64,000 bases of DNA from a virus (IMGVR_UViG_3300033149_006574:12652-76651); one strand, 5' to 3'. Shown: positions 29,147 through 38,823, counted from the stretch's first letter. The notes: generated by a model not told the origin, from the letters alone. Translations and numbers: made by a program.

Positions 29147-29917
29147 ATGCTTGCAATAAAAAATACAATACTCTGTGATGATTGCTTGAAAATTTTACCC
29201 CAAATTCCTGATAGTTCAATTGATCTTGTGTTTACTGACCCGCCATACAATGAAAAATATAAATATAGGGGTACGGGTTTTATAGATTATAGGGAAGATT
29301 ATTATGAATTTCTGGAAAAAGTTTTGATAGAATTGAAAAGAGTGCTTAAAAATACAGGTTCTTTATATATAAAACATTCTTCACGACAAATAAACAAATT
29401 AATACCATTATTAAATAAGTATTTTATATATAGAAATCTAATCGTCTGGATATCAAATTCTCAAGCTCACCCAAAGAAAAATTATGATAGTTTCTATGAG
29501 CCAATTTATTTTTATACTAAAACAGATAATTATATTTTTAATAAAAGGGCTGAATTTAGAGCTAAACCACCAAATTATTGGTCAGGTTGTGGTAAAGAAT
29601 TTGTAGGACTTCTAAATAATTGTTTCTATGATATAAAAAAGATACAAGCGGGCTGTTTAAAAAAAGTAGAGGGTGATACCATAGGTCATGAAAAATTGCA
29701 TCCTTGTTCAATGCCAATACGATTAGCAGAAAGAATAATTAAGGTGTCAAGCAATGAAGGAGATATTGTAATGGATCCATTTGCTGGCTCCTGCACCACA
29801 GCAGTTGCAGCTATAAGAACAAAAAGGAATTTTATTTGCATAGAAAAAGAAAAAATGTATGCTGATTATGGGAAGCAAAGAATTAAAAACATCCAATATC
29901 AAAAATTATTGCTATAA
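29147..29917 (+). CDS. N6-A/N4-C DNA methyltransferase (beta class)
   Basis: TDPPYN, HPCSMP, DPFAGSCTT. Confidence 0.9.
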   Translation: MLAIKNTILCDDCLKILPQIPDSSIDLVFTDPPYNEKYKYRGTGFIDYREDYYEFLEKVLIELKRVLKNTGSLYIKHSSRQINKLIPLLNKYFIYRNLIVWISNSQAHPKKNYDSFYEPIYFYTKTDNYIFNKRAEFRAKPPNYWSGCGKEFVGLLNNCFYDIKKIQAGCLKKVEGDTIGHEKLHPCSMPIRLAERIIKVSSNEGDIVMDPFAGSCTTAVAAIRTKRNFICIEKEKMYADYGKQRIKNIQYQKLLL

Positions 29918-29948
29918 ATAATTTCTAAGATTTGAAGGAGGAAAACTT

Positions 29949-30464
29949 ATGGACAAAAAGGAATCATCAGAAAAAAAGAACATAGCGGGCGAAAAAGTAA
30001 AGGTGGAAGTTGAAATTAATTATTATGATTATAAAGTATTGGAGGAACTTGCTAAAAAAGAGGGGAAATCGCATGGAAAACAGATAACTGTTTCGGATTT
30101 AATTAGAAAAATCGTTTACAAAGAATTAAGCTTTTTATCCTCAACGGTAAAAGAACAAAGAGAGATTTTCGACTATTGGAACAGTAAAGAGGTTATAAAG
30201 CATAAAAACTTTACTAGATGTCGTAGACATATTTCGTCAGCACTCAGGGTATACAAGGTTGAGGAGATTAAGCAAGCAATTGACAATTATGTAACTGTTT
30301 TAAATGATGAGCGAAGTTATTGGAATTATAAATGGGATTTAATAAGTTTTCTTTTAAGGGGTGTAGATAGGTTCTTAACTTGTAATAAACCGCTTCAGTC
30401 TTTTCGTAAGTTTACCGGTTCTAAGAAAGATGAAATGCCAATTAAATATAATAAATTAACCTAA
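29949..30464 (+). CDS. Putative replication initiator or helicase loader (RHH-like N-terminus)
   Basis: IFDYWN...EEIKQAIDNY...W..FL pattern; directly upstream of DnaB. Confidence 0.6.
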   Translation: MDKKESSEKKNIAGEKVKVEVEINYYDYKVLEELAKKEGKSHGKQITVSDLIRKIVYKELSFLSSTVKEQREIFDYWNSKEVIKHKNFTRCRRHISSALRVYKVEEIKQAIDNYVTVLNDERSYWNYKWDLISFLLRGVDRFLTCNKPLQSFRKFTGSKKDEMPIKYNKLT

Positions 30465-30467
30465 AAA

Positions 30468-31790
30468 ATGGCTTCCAAAGAAATATTTCAGGATAAAGAA
30501 GCTGAAGAAGCTTTACTTGGTTGTTTCCTAATAGATAACAATATTTTAGACCTTGCTCTTAGTTATTTAAAAAAGGAAGATTTTTATTTTAAAAAAAATC
30601 AATTTCTCTTTGAGCAAATGCTCAAAGTATATAAAAAGCAAGGTGCATTTGATTATGTTATATTATATCCATTAGTAAAACAACAAATATCCTCACAAGA
30701 ACTTCTTGATTTAATGGAAAAGCCATCGACAGTTCAGATGGCAAATGCTTATCTAAAGCGTATAAAAATCCTCTCCTGTGAAAGACAAATACAGAATCTT
30801 GTTTTAAAATTACAAGGACAAAGTCAGTCAATAGATAACGTTCAGCTAACAGAAAAAATAGGATTATTAAAAACAGAACTTAATAAAATAGAAAATGAAT
30901 TAAATCTAGAAGAAGAATTTAATTTTCAAAAGGATTTAACCGAAACGCTGGAAATAACTGAAGAATTAACAAAAAAAGAATCATTAGCATTTCCAACAAA
31001 TATACATATCTTTGACAAACATTTTGGAGGATTTCATAGACAAAGAATCTATATTCTTGGTGCAAGACCGGGGCATGGTAAAACCTCTTTCTTAGCATGG
31101 TTTACTGCTAATATTAGTAAATATGGATATAAAGTACTTTATATCAGTCCAGAAATGGCTAAAAAAGACCTTATTTTAAGAATGCTCTGTAGTCAGTCAA
31201 ATATTGAGAATCGGATACTGGAGAATCCTAAACTATTAACAGAAGAAAATTGGAAAGTTATAACAAATACTGCGGCTAAGATGTATGATTATAAAATAGC
31301 CATTTATGATAAAAAATGTTCCATTCAACATGTAAATTTTCTTGCCCAAAAAATAAAACCAGATATTTTAATTATTGATTACATACAGCATATGCAATTT
31401 AAAAGTATGGAATTTCGTGCTATAGAGATTAATAATATTATGAATGAGCTTAAAAATATAGCTAAAGAAAATAATTGCAGTGTTATTATAGCTAGTCAGA
31501 TAAGCAGACAGATAGAGGAAAGGCAATCTAAACTACCAATGTCAAGTGATTATAAAAGCTCTGGGAGTATAGAAGAAGGTGGAGATATGGCTATGTTTTT
31601 ATTATGGCCATATAAATTTAATTTAAGAAATAATCCTAAAACACATTCTCCCTGGCAGGAAGAAGATAAACATATAATCACGATAGTTATATCGAAAAAT
31701 AGATTTGGTCCGACAGGAGATTTTGAGTTAAGATTCAATTATGAGAATTATTCTTTTGAAAATTTACAATTACTAAAAGGAGGAAGTTAA
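30468..31790 (+). CDS. dnaB: Replicative DNA helicase DnaB
   Basis: EAEEALLG, GARPGHGKT, SPEM, IIDYIQ, SQISR, SGSIEE, KNRFGP. Confidence 0.93.
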   Translation: MASKEIFQDKEAEEALLGCFLIDNNILDLALSYLKKEDFYFKKNQFLFEQMLKVYKKQGAFDYVILYPLVKQQISSQELLDLMEKPSTVQMANAYLKRIKILSCERQIQNLVLKLQGQSQSIDNVQLTEKIGLLKTELNKIENELNLEEEFNFQKDLTETLEITEELTKKESLAFPTNIHIFDKHFGGFHRQRIYILGARPGHGKTSFLAWFTANISKYGYKVLYISPEMAKKDLILRMLCSQSNIENRILENPKLLTEENWKVITNTAAKMYDYKIAIYDKKCSIQHVNFLAQKIKPDILIIDYIQHMQFKSMEFRAIEINNIMNELKNIAKENNCSVIIASQISRQIEERQSKLPMSSDYKSSGSIEEGGDMAMFLLWPYKFNLRNNPKTHSPWQEEDKHIITIVISKNRFGPTGDFELRFNYENYSFENLQLLKGGS

Positions 31791-32012
31791 AAATGGGGTA
31801 TGATTTAGAAAGGCGAGTAGAAGATTATCAGAGGACAACGGAAAAATTAGTAACAGAAGTAAGAGAGTGTTTCAATAAAAATAAAGAAAGGACGGGAGAG
31901 GCAAAGGGACAGGAAGTTTTACTCTTTTTAGCATGCATTCTAACCTTTATCCGTGCTGTTATGCCACCTGAAATGAGAAAAATGTTTATGGAAATGGCAA
32001 GAAAAATGGAAG

Positions 32013-32567
32013 ATGAAAAAATATCGAACAATACTTATTGATCCACCCTGGCAATTAAAATTGACAGGACTATATCGAACAAGAAAATTACGTCCTGCGA
32101 AATTAGTATATCCAACAATGACGATAGAGGAAATAAAAAAAATACCGATAAATGAACTTGCTGATATTGGCTGTCATTTATGGTTATGGGTTACCAATCA
32201 AACATTACCATTGGGGTTTGAATTAATTAATCATTGGGGTTTTAAATATCATGCCCCAATTACTTGGGTCAAACCCTCTGGTTGTGGAAATTATTTTGTG
32301 CATAGAACACAACATATCCTGTTTGCTTACAAACAAAAATGCCAATTTAATAAAGCACGGTATAAACCAACAGTATTCTTTACCTCTATTCCTAAGCGAC
32401 ATTCAGAAAAACCAGAAGAAAGTCATCAATTGATAGAGAGCATATCTGATGAACCAAGATTAGAACTTTTTGCACGTAAGAAACGAAATGGATGGGACTG
32501 TATTGGTAAGGATATAGATGGCAAGGACATTTTAAATTACTTTTTTTGGGCTTTTCATAAACCATAG
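32013..32567 (+). CDS. MT-A70 family adenine methyltransferase
   Basis: IDPPW, HLWLWVTN, HSEKP, RLELFAR. Confidence 0.9.
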   Translation: MKKYRTILIDPPWQLKLTGLYRTRKLRPAKLVYPTMTIEEIKKIPINELADIGCHLWLWVTNQTLPLGFELINHWGFKYHAPITWVKPSGCGNYFVHRTQHILFAYKQKCQFNKARYKPTVFFTSIPKRHSEKPEESHQLIESISDEPRLELFARKKRNGWDCIGKDIDGKDILNYFFWAFHKP

Positions 32568-32779
32568 AAGGAGGTAAACTATGAAAAAGCGAATTGAAAT
32601 CACCAAAGTTAAGAATGGTTATATTGTTGAGTGTGAGGATTCCAATAATACTACAAAAATTTATGAAGCTGATGATAAAGACCCAGTTATTAGAATGTTA
32701 TATGATATATTGAAATATTTTGATGAAATGAGTTCTTAGATATGATTTAAGAAAGATTGAGGATTGAGGAGGAGAACCA

Positions 32780-33586
32780 ATGAGAAAAGACGCAGTTATC
32801 GGTGAAGTTTATGGTGAACCTGCAGAGTCAAAAGAGATATTTGCAAAGTATAAGCAAGAACGCCACGCTAAAAATGTGTGGAAAGCAAGGTTTATCGTGG
32901 TAGCAATACTATGGATTTGGTCTGCTATCTATGCTATGAATTTAGAACAGAAATTGCGGATAGCACAAAGTCAACTGGAGATAGCAAGGCAGGGAGTAGT
33001 AAATTTGGCTGAACAGGAGGAGAGATGAAAAATCTGATGAGAAATCTGATGGAAGAAGCAAACAATGCAGTAAGATGGCAAAGGCAAGTAGCCCGTGATG
33101 TGTATGAGCTTTCGCAAAAATGGGCAAGAAATGCCATAGATAATGAGATACCTTATGGTATTTTATCTTTTGCGATTGCTGAACCTCAAATTGCTGTAAC
33201 AATAACTGCATTAACATCAACATTTAAGGACGAAGATATTCCAACTATGTTCTTTATTCCTGCAATGGTACAGAACTTAGCTAAAAAAATAGATAAATCT
33301 CAAATGCAAGGAATAAAAAAACTTGCTGAAATATTAGTTAAATTGACAGAAGAAATTGAGAAGAAAGGAGAGGTAACTGATGGACAGGATTGACGGAATG
33401 CAAAAAGATGAAAAGTATTATCATGCAGATATTACGCTTCATTTACAATACCCGCTGGAAAATGTAGACCACCCGGAGGAAATAATAAGAGGATTGCTTG
33501 AAATGCCCCTTGAAGACCTTATCAAGAAATGCGGGGGCAGAAAAGTAGTATCCTGCGAAGGGTGGACTGCGGAAGAGGAGATTTGA
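32780..33586 (+). CDS. Three small hypothetical genes (32780..33028 with TM, 33025..33393, 33380..33586)
   Basis: SDs and overlaps. Confidence 0.6.
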
Positions 33587-33590
33587 ATTA

Positions 33591-33730
33591 TCGGACAGTA
33601 AATCCCGACAGGACGCCACTTGTGTTCCTCTCCATCGGGTGAGCAAAAGCAAGGGCTATATCCCTGTCGGGTATGTCCGAAAACGGGGGCTGGTTTCCTT
33701 TTAGTGGTTGTTGTGGTTGACCAGCTTCCC
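33591..33730 (+). ncRNA. Structured intergenic RNA or leader upstream of the HNH gene
   Basis: TCGGACA/TGTCCGA and CCCGACAGG/CCTGTCGGG nested stems, then GGGGGCTGGT/ACCAGCTTCC hairpin. Confidence 0.5.
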
Positions 33731-33747
33731 CAGAAAGCGAGGTCACT

Positions 33748-34041
33748 ATGCCAATAGATAAGAATGATTACCCGGAAAACTGGAAGGAAATTTCCTTAGC
33801 AATTCGTGAGCGTTATGGGCATCGCTGTCAGCGGTGCCATACCGTATCAAAACCCAAACATGTATTAACGGTTCATCATTTAGATATGGACCCGAAAAAC
33901 AATTCACTTTCAAATCTGGTGCTTCTCTGTCAGAAGTGCCACCTGCATATTCAGGCAAAGGGTAAGATGGACATGAACAGGTTTTATGACATTTTGAATG
34001 CGGAGAAGAACTTTGACAAAAGACAGGGGAAGCTGTTATGA
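33748..34041 (+). CDS. HNH endonuclease
   Basis: YPENW...CQRC...LTVHHLD.DPKNN...NL..LCQKCH. Confidence 0.9.
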   Translation: MPIDKNDYPENWKEISLAIRERYGHRCQRCHTVSKPKHVLTVHHLDMDPKNNSLSNLVLLCQKCHLHIQAKGKMDMNRFYDILNAEKNFDKRQGKLL

Positions 34042-34083
34042 GCTGTTTCTATCAGCCAGCCCCCCCAGAAAGCGAGGCAAGAA

Positions 34084-34260
34084 ATGAATGGATTAAAAGT
34101 TGGTGATAAAGTAAAGATAATAACGAAAGGTTATTTGAAGGGGCAAATTGGCAAGGTTATTAACACAATCAAATTTCCAAGGGAATTTTATATGGTTCAG
34201 CTTAAAGGGAGTATTCAGGAATATCTCTTTTTAAGAAGTGAATTACAGAAAGCGAGGTAA
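34084..34260 (+). CDS. KOW/SH3-like small protein (58 aa)
   Basis: LKVGDKVKIITKGYLKGQIGKVI; not in ORF track. Confidence 0.65.
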   Translation: MNGLKVGDKVKIITKGYLKGQIGKVINTIKFPREFYMVQLKGSIQEYLFLRSELQKAR

Positions 34261-34263
34261 AAA

Positions 34264-34443
34264 ATGAGAAAGCATAATTATCTTATAGGATATAAAGATG
34301 GAAAGAATGGTATTTTTGATAACGAGTATTTTTTCATAGAGTTACTTACTTTGTCGCAAGCAAAACAAAAGCTTAAAATCTTTTCTGATAACCCGAACCT
34401 GAAAATCTACAAACTTGTGGAGGTAAAAAATGACAAAACTTGA
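34264..34443 (+). CDS. 59-aa protein, paralog of 10207..10374
   Basis: MRKHNYLIGY...TLSQAKQK...KIYKLVEVK. Confidence 0.7.
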   Translation: MRKHNYLIGYKDGKNGIFDNEYFFIELLTLSQAKQKLKIFSDNPNLKIYKLVEVKNDKT

Positions 34444-34854
34444 AAAGAAAATTATTTCTATTCTCGTCCCATTATCGGCAAATGCGCACAAAAGTGAAAT
34501 AACAGATGACCAAAGGATGGATGATATAGAAAATGCAACGCAAAAAATTATTACCCTCATCAAAGACCTTCTGCCTTGCCCTGTTACACTTCCTACAGCC
34601 ACATATTATCGTGAGAATGCTGAAGGTTGGAATGCTTATTTTGCAGAGATTTTACGCAGGATAGAGGAGGAGTAAATGAATGATATAAATAATAATTACC
34701 CACCGGGAATGACAGATATGGATTATCGTTATGTAGGCGAAAAACCTGCATATTATTGCAAGAAATGCCATCGTTGGCTATGGTTCCCTTGTAAAAATTG
34801 TCCTAATCCTGAAGAATGTTTTTGCGATGGCAAATATAACAAAAAGGACGACTA

Positions 34855-35085
34855 ATGGCTATCCGAAAGAAAACGGTTTGGGTTGCAAAATGTAACGGTC
34901 TATGCGGTAAAAGCATAATAAAAGATATTAATTTTATCTCGTTCTACTACAAATCCGACCTGATTGCAGAACTAAAAAGGCAGGGATGGCATATAGAGAA
35001 ATACGACAAGGTCTATTGCCCTTCTTGCTACAAAAAGAGACAGAGGGCAAAGGCACAAGTGAAAAAGAACAGGAGGAAGCCTTGA
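34855..35085 (+). CDS. Zn-finger-like hypothetical protein
   Basis: CNGLCG...GW...YCPSC; its stop overlaps the TTG of the MTase frame A. Confidence 0.65.
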   Translation: MAIRKKTVWVAKCNGLCGKSIIKDINFISFYYKSDLIAELKRQGWHIEKYDKVYCPSCYKKRQRAKAQVKKNRRKP

Positions 35086-35873
35086 CCTTCTTGAGCGTAA
35101 TGTCTGGTTGCGGTGGAATGGATTTAGGAATAGAAAGGAGCGGATTCAAATGCAAAGGACAAATAGAGATAATGCCATATGCTTTGAAAATCTTGAAGAA
35201 GCATTGGCCAAAAGTCCCGAAACATACGGACATCTTGACCTTTTGTGTGCGGGATGGCCTTGTCAGGACAATTCAATCGCAGGTAAAAGAAAGGGTATGC
35301 AGGGTAAAAGAAGCAGTTTATGGAGTGAAGTTAGAAGACTCATCGGAATATTCTACCCTAAATGGCTTATGCTCGAAAATGTTCCCGGACTTTTCTCTGT
35401 CAACAATGGCAAGGACTTCTGGCAAATCATATCCGACCTCGATTCGCTCGGGTATTGTGTGGCGTGGGATGTGCTGGACTCACAAAACTTTGGAGTGGCA
35501 CAACGAAGAAAAAGAGTGTTCATTATCGGAAGTTTTGGAAACATCGGTGCATCCAAAATATTATTTGAGCCGAAAGGCAGTAGCAGGAATGATAAGGCGA
35601 AGCAAAAAATGGGGGCGAGGGGGTTATGTATTTCTACAAGAGATGGAGAAAGGAATGACCCGACGAATGAAACTATTATCGCTTCAACAATTGGAACAAG
35701 CACTAACCCCGACCCCAACTACGGAACACACTTCATCGCACAAACAATCGGAGCATCCCCAAGAGGTAATACTTCCTTTGTATGGCAAGACACTTATATT
35801 GCGGAAACTAACTCCCATAGAAAAAGAGAGATTACAGGGATTACCAGACAATTGGACTCTCGTAGAGGAATAG
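35082..35873 (+). CDS. C5-cytosine methyltransferase, chain A (motifs I-III and IX)
   Basis: AGGAGG then TTG 35082; FLSVMSGCGGMDLG, QIEI, HWP..TDI; SLSEVLE..HPKYYLS; RKLTPIEKERLQGLPDNWT. Confidence 0.8.
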   Translation: MTFLSVMSGCGGMDLGIERSGFKCKGQIEIMPYALKILKKHWPKVPKHTDILTFCVRDGLVRTIQSQVKERVCRVKEAVYGVKLEDSSEYSTLNGLCSKMFPDFSLSTMARTSGKSYPTSIRSGIVWRGMCWTHKTLEWHNEEKECSLSEVLETSVHPKYYLSRKAVAGMIRRSKKWGRGGYVFLQEMEKGMTRRMKLLSLQQLEQALTPTPTTEHTSSHKQSEHPQEVILPLYGKTLILRKLTPIEKERLQGLPDNWTLVEE

Positions 35874-35953
35874 TTATTGGCAATGCTGTTACTGTTCAGG
35901 TTGCACAATGGTTAGCGAAAAGAATTATAGATTATGAAAGAGGACTTTTATGA
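35150..35953 (+). CDS. C5-cytosine methyltransferase, chain B (motifs IV-VIII, TRD, X)
   Basis: AAGGAG 9 nt before ATG 35150; DLLCAGWPCQDNS, MLENVPG, FGVAQRRKRVFI, IGNAVTVQVAQWLAKRI. Confidence 0.85.
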   Translation: MQRTNRDNAICFENLEEALAKSPETYGHLDLLCAGWPCQDNSIAGKRKGMQGKRSSLWSEVRRLIGIFYPKWLMLENVPGLFSVNNGKDFWQIISDLDSLGYCVAWDVLDSQNFGVAQRRKRVFIIGSFGNIGASKILFEPKGSSRNDKAKQKMGARGLCISTRDGERNDPTNETIIASTIGTSTNPDPNYGTHFIAQTIGASPRGNTSFVWQDTYIAETNSHRKREITGITRQLDSRRGIVIGNAVTVQVAQWLAKRIIDYERGLL

Positions 35954-36474
35954 CCAATTATCATAAAAACAGATTTGGCAGACGCTACACAGACCGTCTC
36001 ACACACAAAATTTCTTATGTAATTGCGATATTCTTGCTTCTGACATACTTTTGTATGACAACCATAAAAATATCGCCTCAAAACGAAAATATGAGCCTCA
36101 AGAGCGATAATAAACAGGAGATAGAGGCAATCATTTCAGAGTTAGCTCCTCAATATGACCTTGACCCTGAATTGGTAAAAGCAATGGTTCAAGTAGAAAG
36201 TCAGTGGAAAGCAACCGCAAGAAGCAAGAAGGGCGCAATAGGTCTTATGCAGGTTATGCCAGAAGTATGCCAATTGTATGTGAAACCCCTGAATTTGAGC
36301 GCAGAGGAGGCAAGAAAGTTATTGTATCTAAAGAGGTTCAATCTCCATATCGGAATGGCACACCTGAGGGCTTTGCAGGCAAGATGGGGTGATAAGGCAT
36401 TGGACATATATTCTGGCGGTGCAAGGGATTATGTGAGCAAGATAAGATTGGCGATGAGGAAGGAGGAACGATGA
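35950..36474 (+). CDS. SLT-family lytic transglycosylase with N-terminal TM
   Basis: AMVQVES, ARSKKGAIGLMQVMP, NLHIG..HL. Confidence 0.88.
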   Translation: MTNYHKNRFGRRYTDRLTHKISYVIAIFLLLTYFCMTTIKISPQNENMSLKSDNKQEIEAIISELAPQYDLDPELVKAMVQVESQWKATARSKKGAIGLMQVMPEVCQLYVKPLNLSAEEARKLLYLKRFNLHIGMAHLRALQARWGDKALDIYSGGARDYVSKIRLAMRKEER

Positions 36475-37416
36475 AAAAGTGTAAAGTTGACGGTTTATTC
36501 CATCTGTGGAATTTGGAAAAAGGAATAAATGATTTGTTCGCAGAATATCCTATTCAAGAAATCAGAATATTCCCCCAGAAATTTGAAGGTGACCAAATGA
36601 AAGAAGAATTATTGTTTGCTGTTATCGGATTTTATGAAGAGGAGGAAGAATGAAAAAACTGACAGAAAACGAAAAAGTTAAGTATGAGGTTTCCAAAGAT
36701 GGAACGGGATTACTGGCTTATTTTGAAGACGGTAATTTTTACCACATCCATAGTGATGAATTAACGAAATTGGAGAAGTGGATATTAGAAATGTTGAAAG
36801 GAATAGAAAAACTTGCTGATATAATAGCCGAATTTGTTGGCAGGTAAAAGCAAATGAATGATGTTAAATCCTTAAAAGAAAGTTTAAGAATGATTGAATT
36901 TTTATGTTACCTTTCCGCAGACCCAGCAAATGATACAAGCGAGCAAAAACAAAAACTCATAGATACAATTTATGAAATAGCGCATTTACATTCTGGCTGT
37001 AAAAACAAGCATATAGAGTGGAGAAAGAATAGACAAAAACTAAAAAAAGAATTCAAAAAATGTGGATGGATTTGAGAAACAAGAGGTTCGCAAAACTCAA
37101 CGGGATAAAACATTGGAAATGGGCTTAAATGATGGACTACCCAATAATGGAACAATTAAATAAAATAGAAAAGTGGCCTATTAATTCCACAGATGACATA
37201 AAAAATTTAATTGATTATATAAGGCGACTATGGTGGTATTCAGAGACAGGTTTTGTTCTGAAAGGAAAACAGGTCTTACGATTAGAATTACATACATATG
37301 GCTGGAGCGGTAATGAAGATATAATAAGAGCATTAAGAAAAAATGATTTTTGGCTACTTTTCTGGGAAAAAAGCACAAGGGGCGGACATTATTGGTTTAA
37401 GATACCTTTATTTTGA
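36471..37416 (+). CDS. Four small hypothetical genes (36471..36653, 36650..36847, 36854..37075, 37129..37416 with GWSGNE motif)
   Basis: ORF track; overlaps. Confidence 0.6.
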
Positions 37417-37429
37417 TTGGAGGTGGGAA

Positions 37430-38080
37430 ATGGAATATCCAAAAATCCAAACAATTTTCAAAAGAGATATGACCAAGAATGGCAAGATAATGGTTGACCA
37501 TTATTCTATGCCAGAATTTGAATATCTGAAGGATAACAAATGGATATTTACAGAGAAAGTAGATGGGACGAATATCAGGATAGAATGGAATGGCGAAATT
37601 GTAACAATAAAAGGAAAAACCGATAGAGCGTTAATACCAACCTTCCTTTTTATTCGCCTTCAAGAATTATTTGTTGAAAAAGATAGAACAAATATATTTA
37701 GAGAAGTATTTAGACCAAAAGATGATACAGAAAAAATAGATGTGTGTTTATATGGTGAAGGATATGGCGCACGAATTCAAAAAGGCGGTGGAAATTATAA
37801 ACCCGATGGGGTAGATTTTGTTTTAATAGACGTCAGAATTGGTTATTGGTGGCTTAAACGTGAAGATGTAGAAGATATTGCGAATAAGTTTGGAATAGAA
37901 GTTGTCCCAATAGTAGGAGAAGGAACATTGCAAGATATGGTAGAGAAGGTAAAAAATGGATTTAATTCTAAATGGGGCAATTTTTTGGCAGAAGGCATTG
38001 TAGCCAGACCAGAAATAGAATTAAAAGACAGAAAAGGCAGAAGGATAATTACAAAACTGAAATATAAGGATTTCAAATGA
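37430..38080 (+). CDS. ATP-dependent RNA ligase family nucleotidyltransferase
   Basis: YPKI, motif I TEKVDGTN, LYGEGYG, F.LIDV, EGIV, ITKLK; SD GGAGG before ATG 37430. Confidence 0.85.
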   Translation: MEYPKIQTIFKRDMTKNGKIMVDHYSMPEFEYLKDNKWIFTEKVDGTNIRIEWNGEIVTIKGKTDRALIPTFLFIRLQELFVEKDRTNIFREVFRPKDDTEKIDVCLYGEGYGARIQKGGGNYKPDGVDFVLIDVRIGYWWLKREDVEDIANKFGIEVVPIVGEGTLQDMVEKVKNGFNSKWGNFLAEGIVARPEIELKDRKGRRIITKLKYKDFK

Positions 38081-38424
38081 TGAAAACCACTCGCCAAAAA
38101 GGTAATTATTATCGCCTGAAGACCAAGCACTGGCTTGAAGCGCACGGGTGGACGGTGCAGGTCAGCGAGCGAAAAAAGATAAACTACTTCAGGGATAGGA
38201 AAACGGGAGAGTTGAAGCAGTTTTATGCACCGATAGATTTATTCGGTGCTGACCTTGTGGCAATGAACGGGCAGAACATCGTTTTTGTGCAGGTTAAGGC
38301 AGGAAAGAAAAATATCGCACAGGCACGGGCGGAGTTCTTATCATATCCGTTCCCAAAATGCGTCTGGCGATGGATTGTAAGTTGGAAGCCCAAAGCAAGA
38401 GAGCCAGAGGTAGAGGAAATCTAA
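38077..38424 (+). CDS. Hjc-like PD-(D/E)XK Holliday-junction resolvase
   Basis: KG...K..LE.HGW.V...DLFGADLVA...FVQVK. Confidence 0.7.
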   Translation: MMKTTRQKGNYYRLKTKHWLEAHGWTVQVSERKKINYFRDRKTGELKQFYAPIDLFGADLVAMNGQNIVFVQVKAGKKNIAQARAEFLSYPFPKCVWRWIVSWKPKAREPEVEEI

Positions 38425-38508
38425 ATACTAATTAAATACTAATATCTACTAAATTAGTATTTAGCAAGGAAATGAAAAAGAAGGGACATTTTGAAAAGGG
38501 GGTAAAAA

Positions 38509-38823
38509 ATGAGATTAGAAGGAGAGAAGGAACGGATTCATCTCTATGATAAAGCGGAAGATGCAGTTTTGAAGCTATCAGATGGAAATCCTGGTGCATT
38601 AATAGTTCTAATAGACTTACTAAAACAACCATCAGGCTTATTGAGAATATTAAGATTAGATGCTTTTGGTATATATGGACAATGGATATGGATAGCGTAT
38701 AAAGATATTTGCAAAGGAAATATAGATCTTTTAATAGAAAAATTGATTAAGAATGGAGATGAACTGATAAAAGAAATTAAGGAAACGCAAGATTGGAAAT
38801 ACTATCATTCTACAACAGGGTGA
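38509..38823 (+). CDS. Hypothetical protein (DGNPGA...GIYG..IW motif)
   Basis: SD; ORF track. Confidence 0.7.
   Translation: MRLEGEKERIHLYDKAEDAVLKLSDGNPGALIVLIDLLKQPSGLLRILRLDAFGIYGQWIWIAYKDICKGNIDLLIEKLIKNGDELIKEIKETQDWKYYHSTTG

Noticed and set aside
34986-35149. ORF-track starts 34986 and 35108 for the MTase frames
   Set aside because: No SD at either; SD-supported starts are TTG 35082 and ATG 35150.
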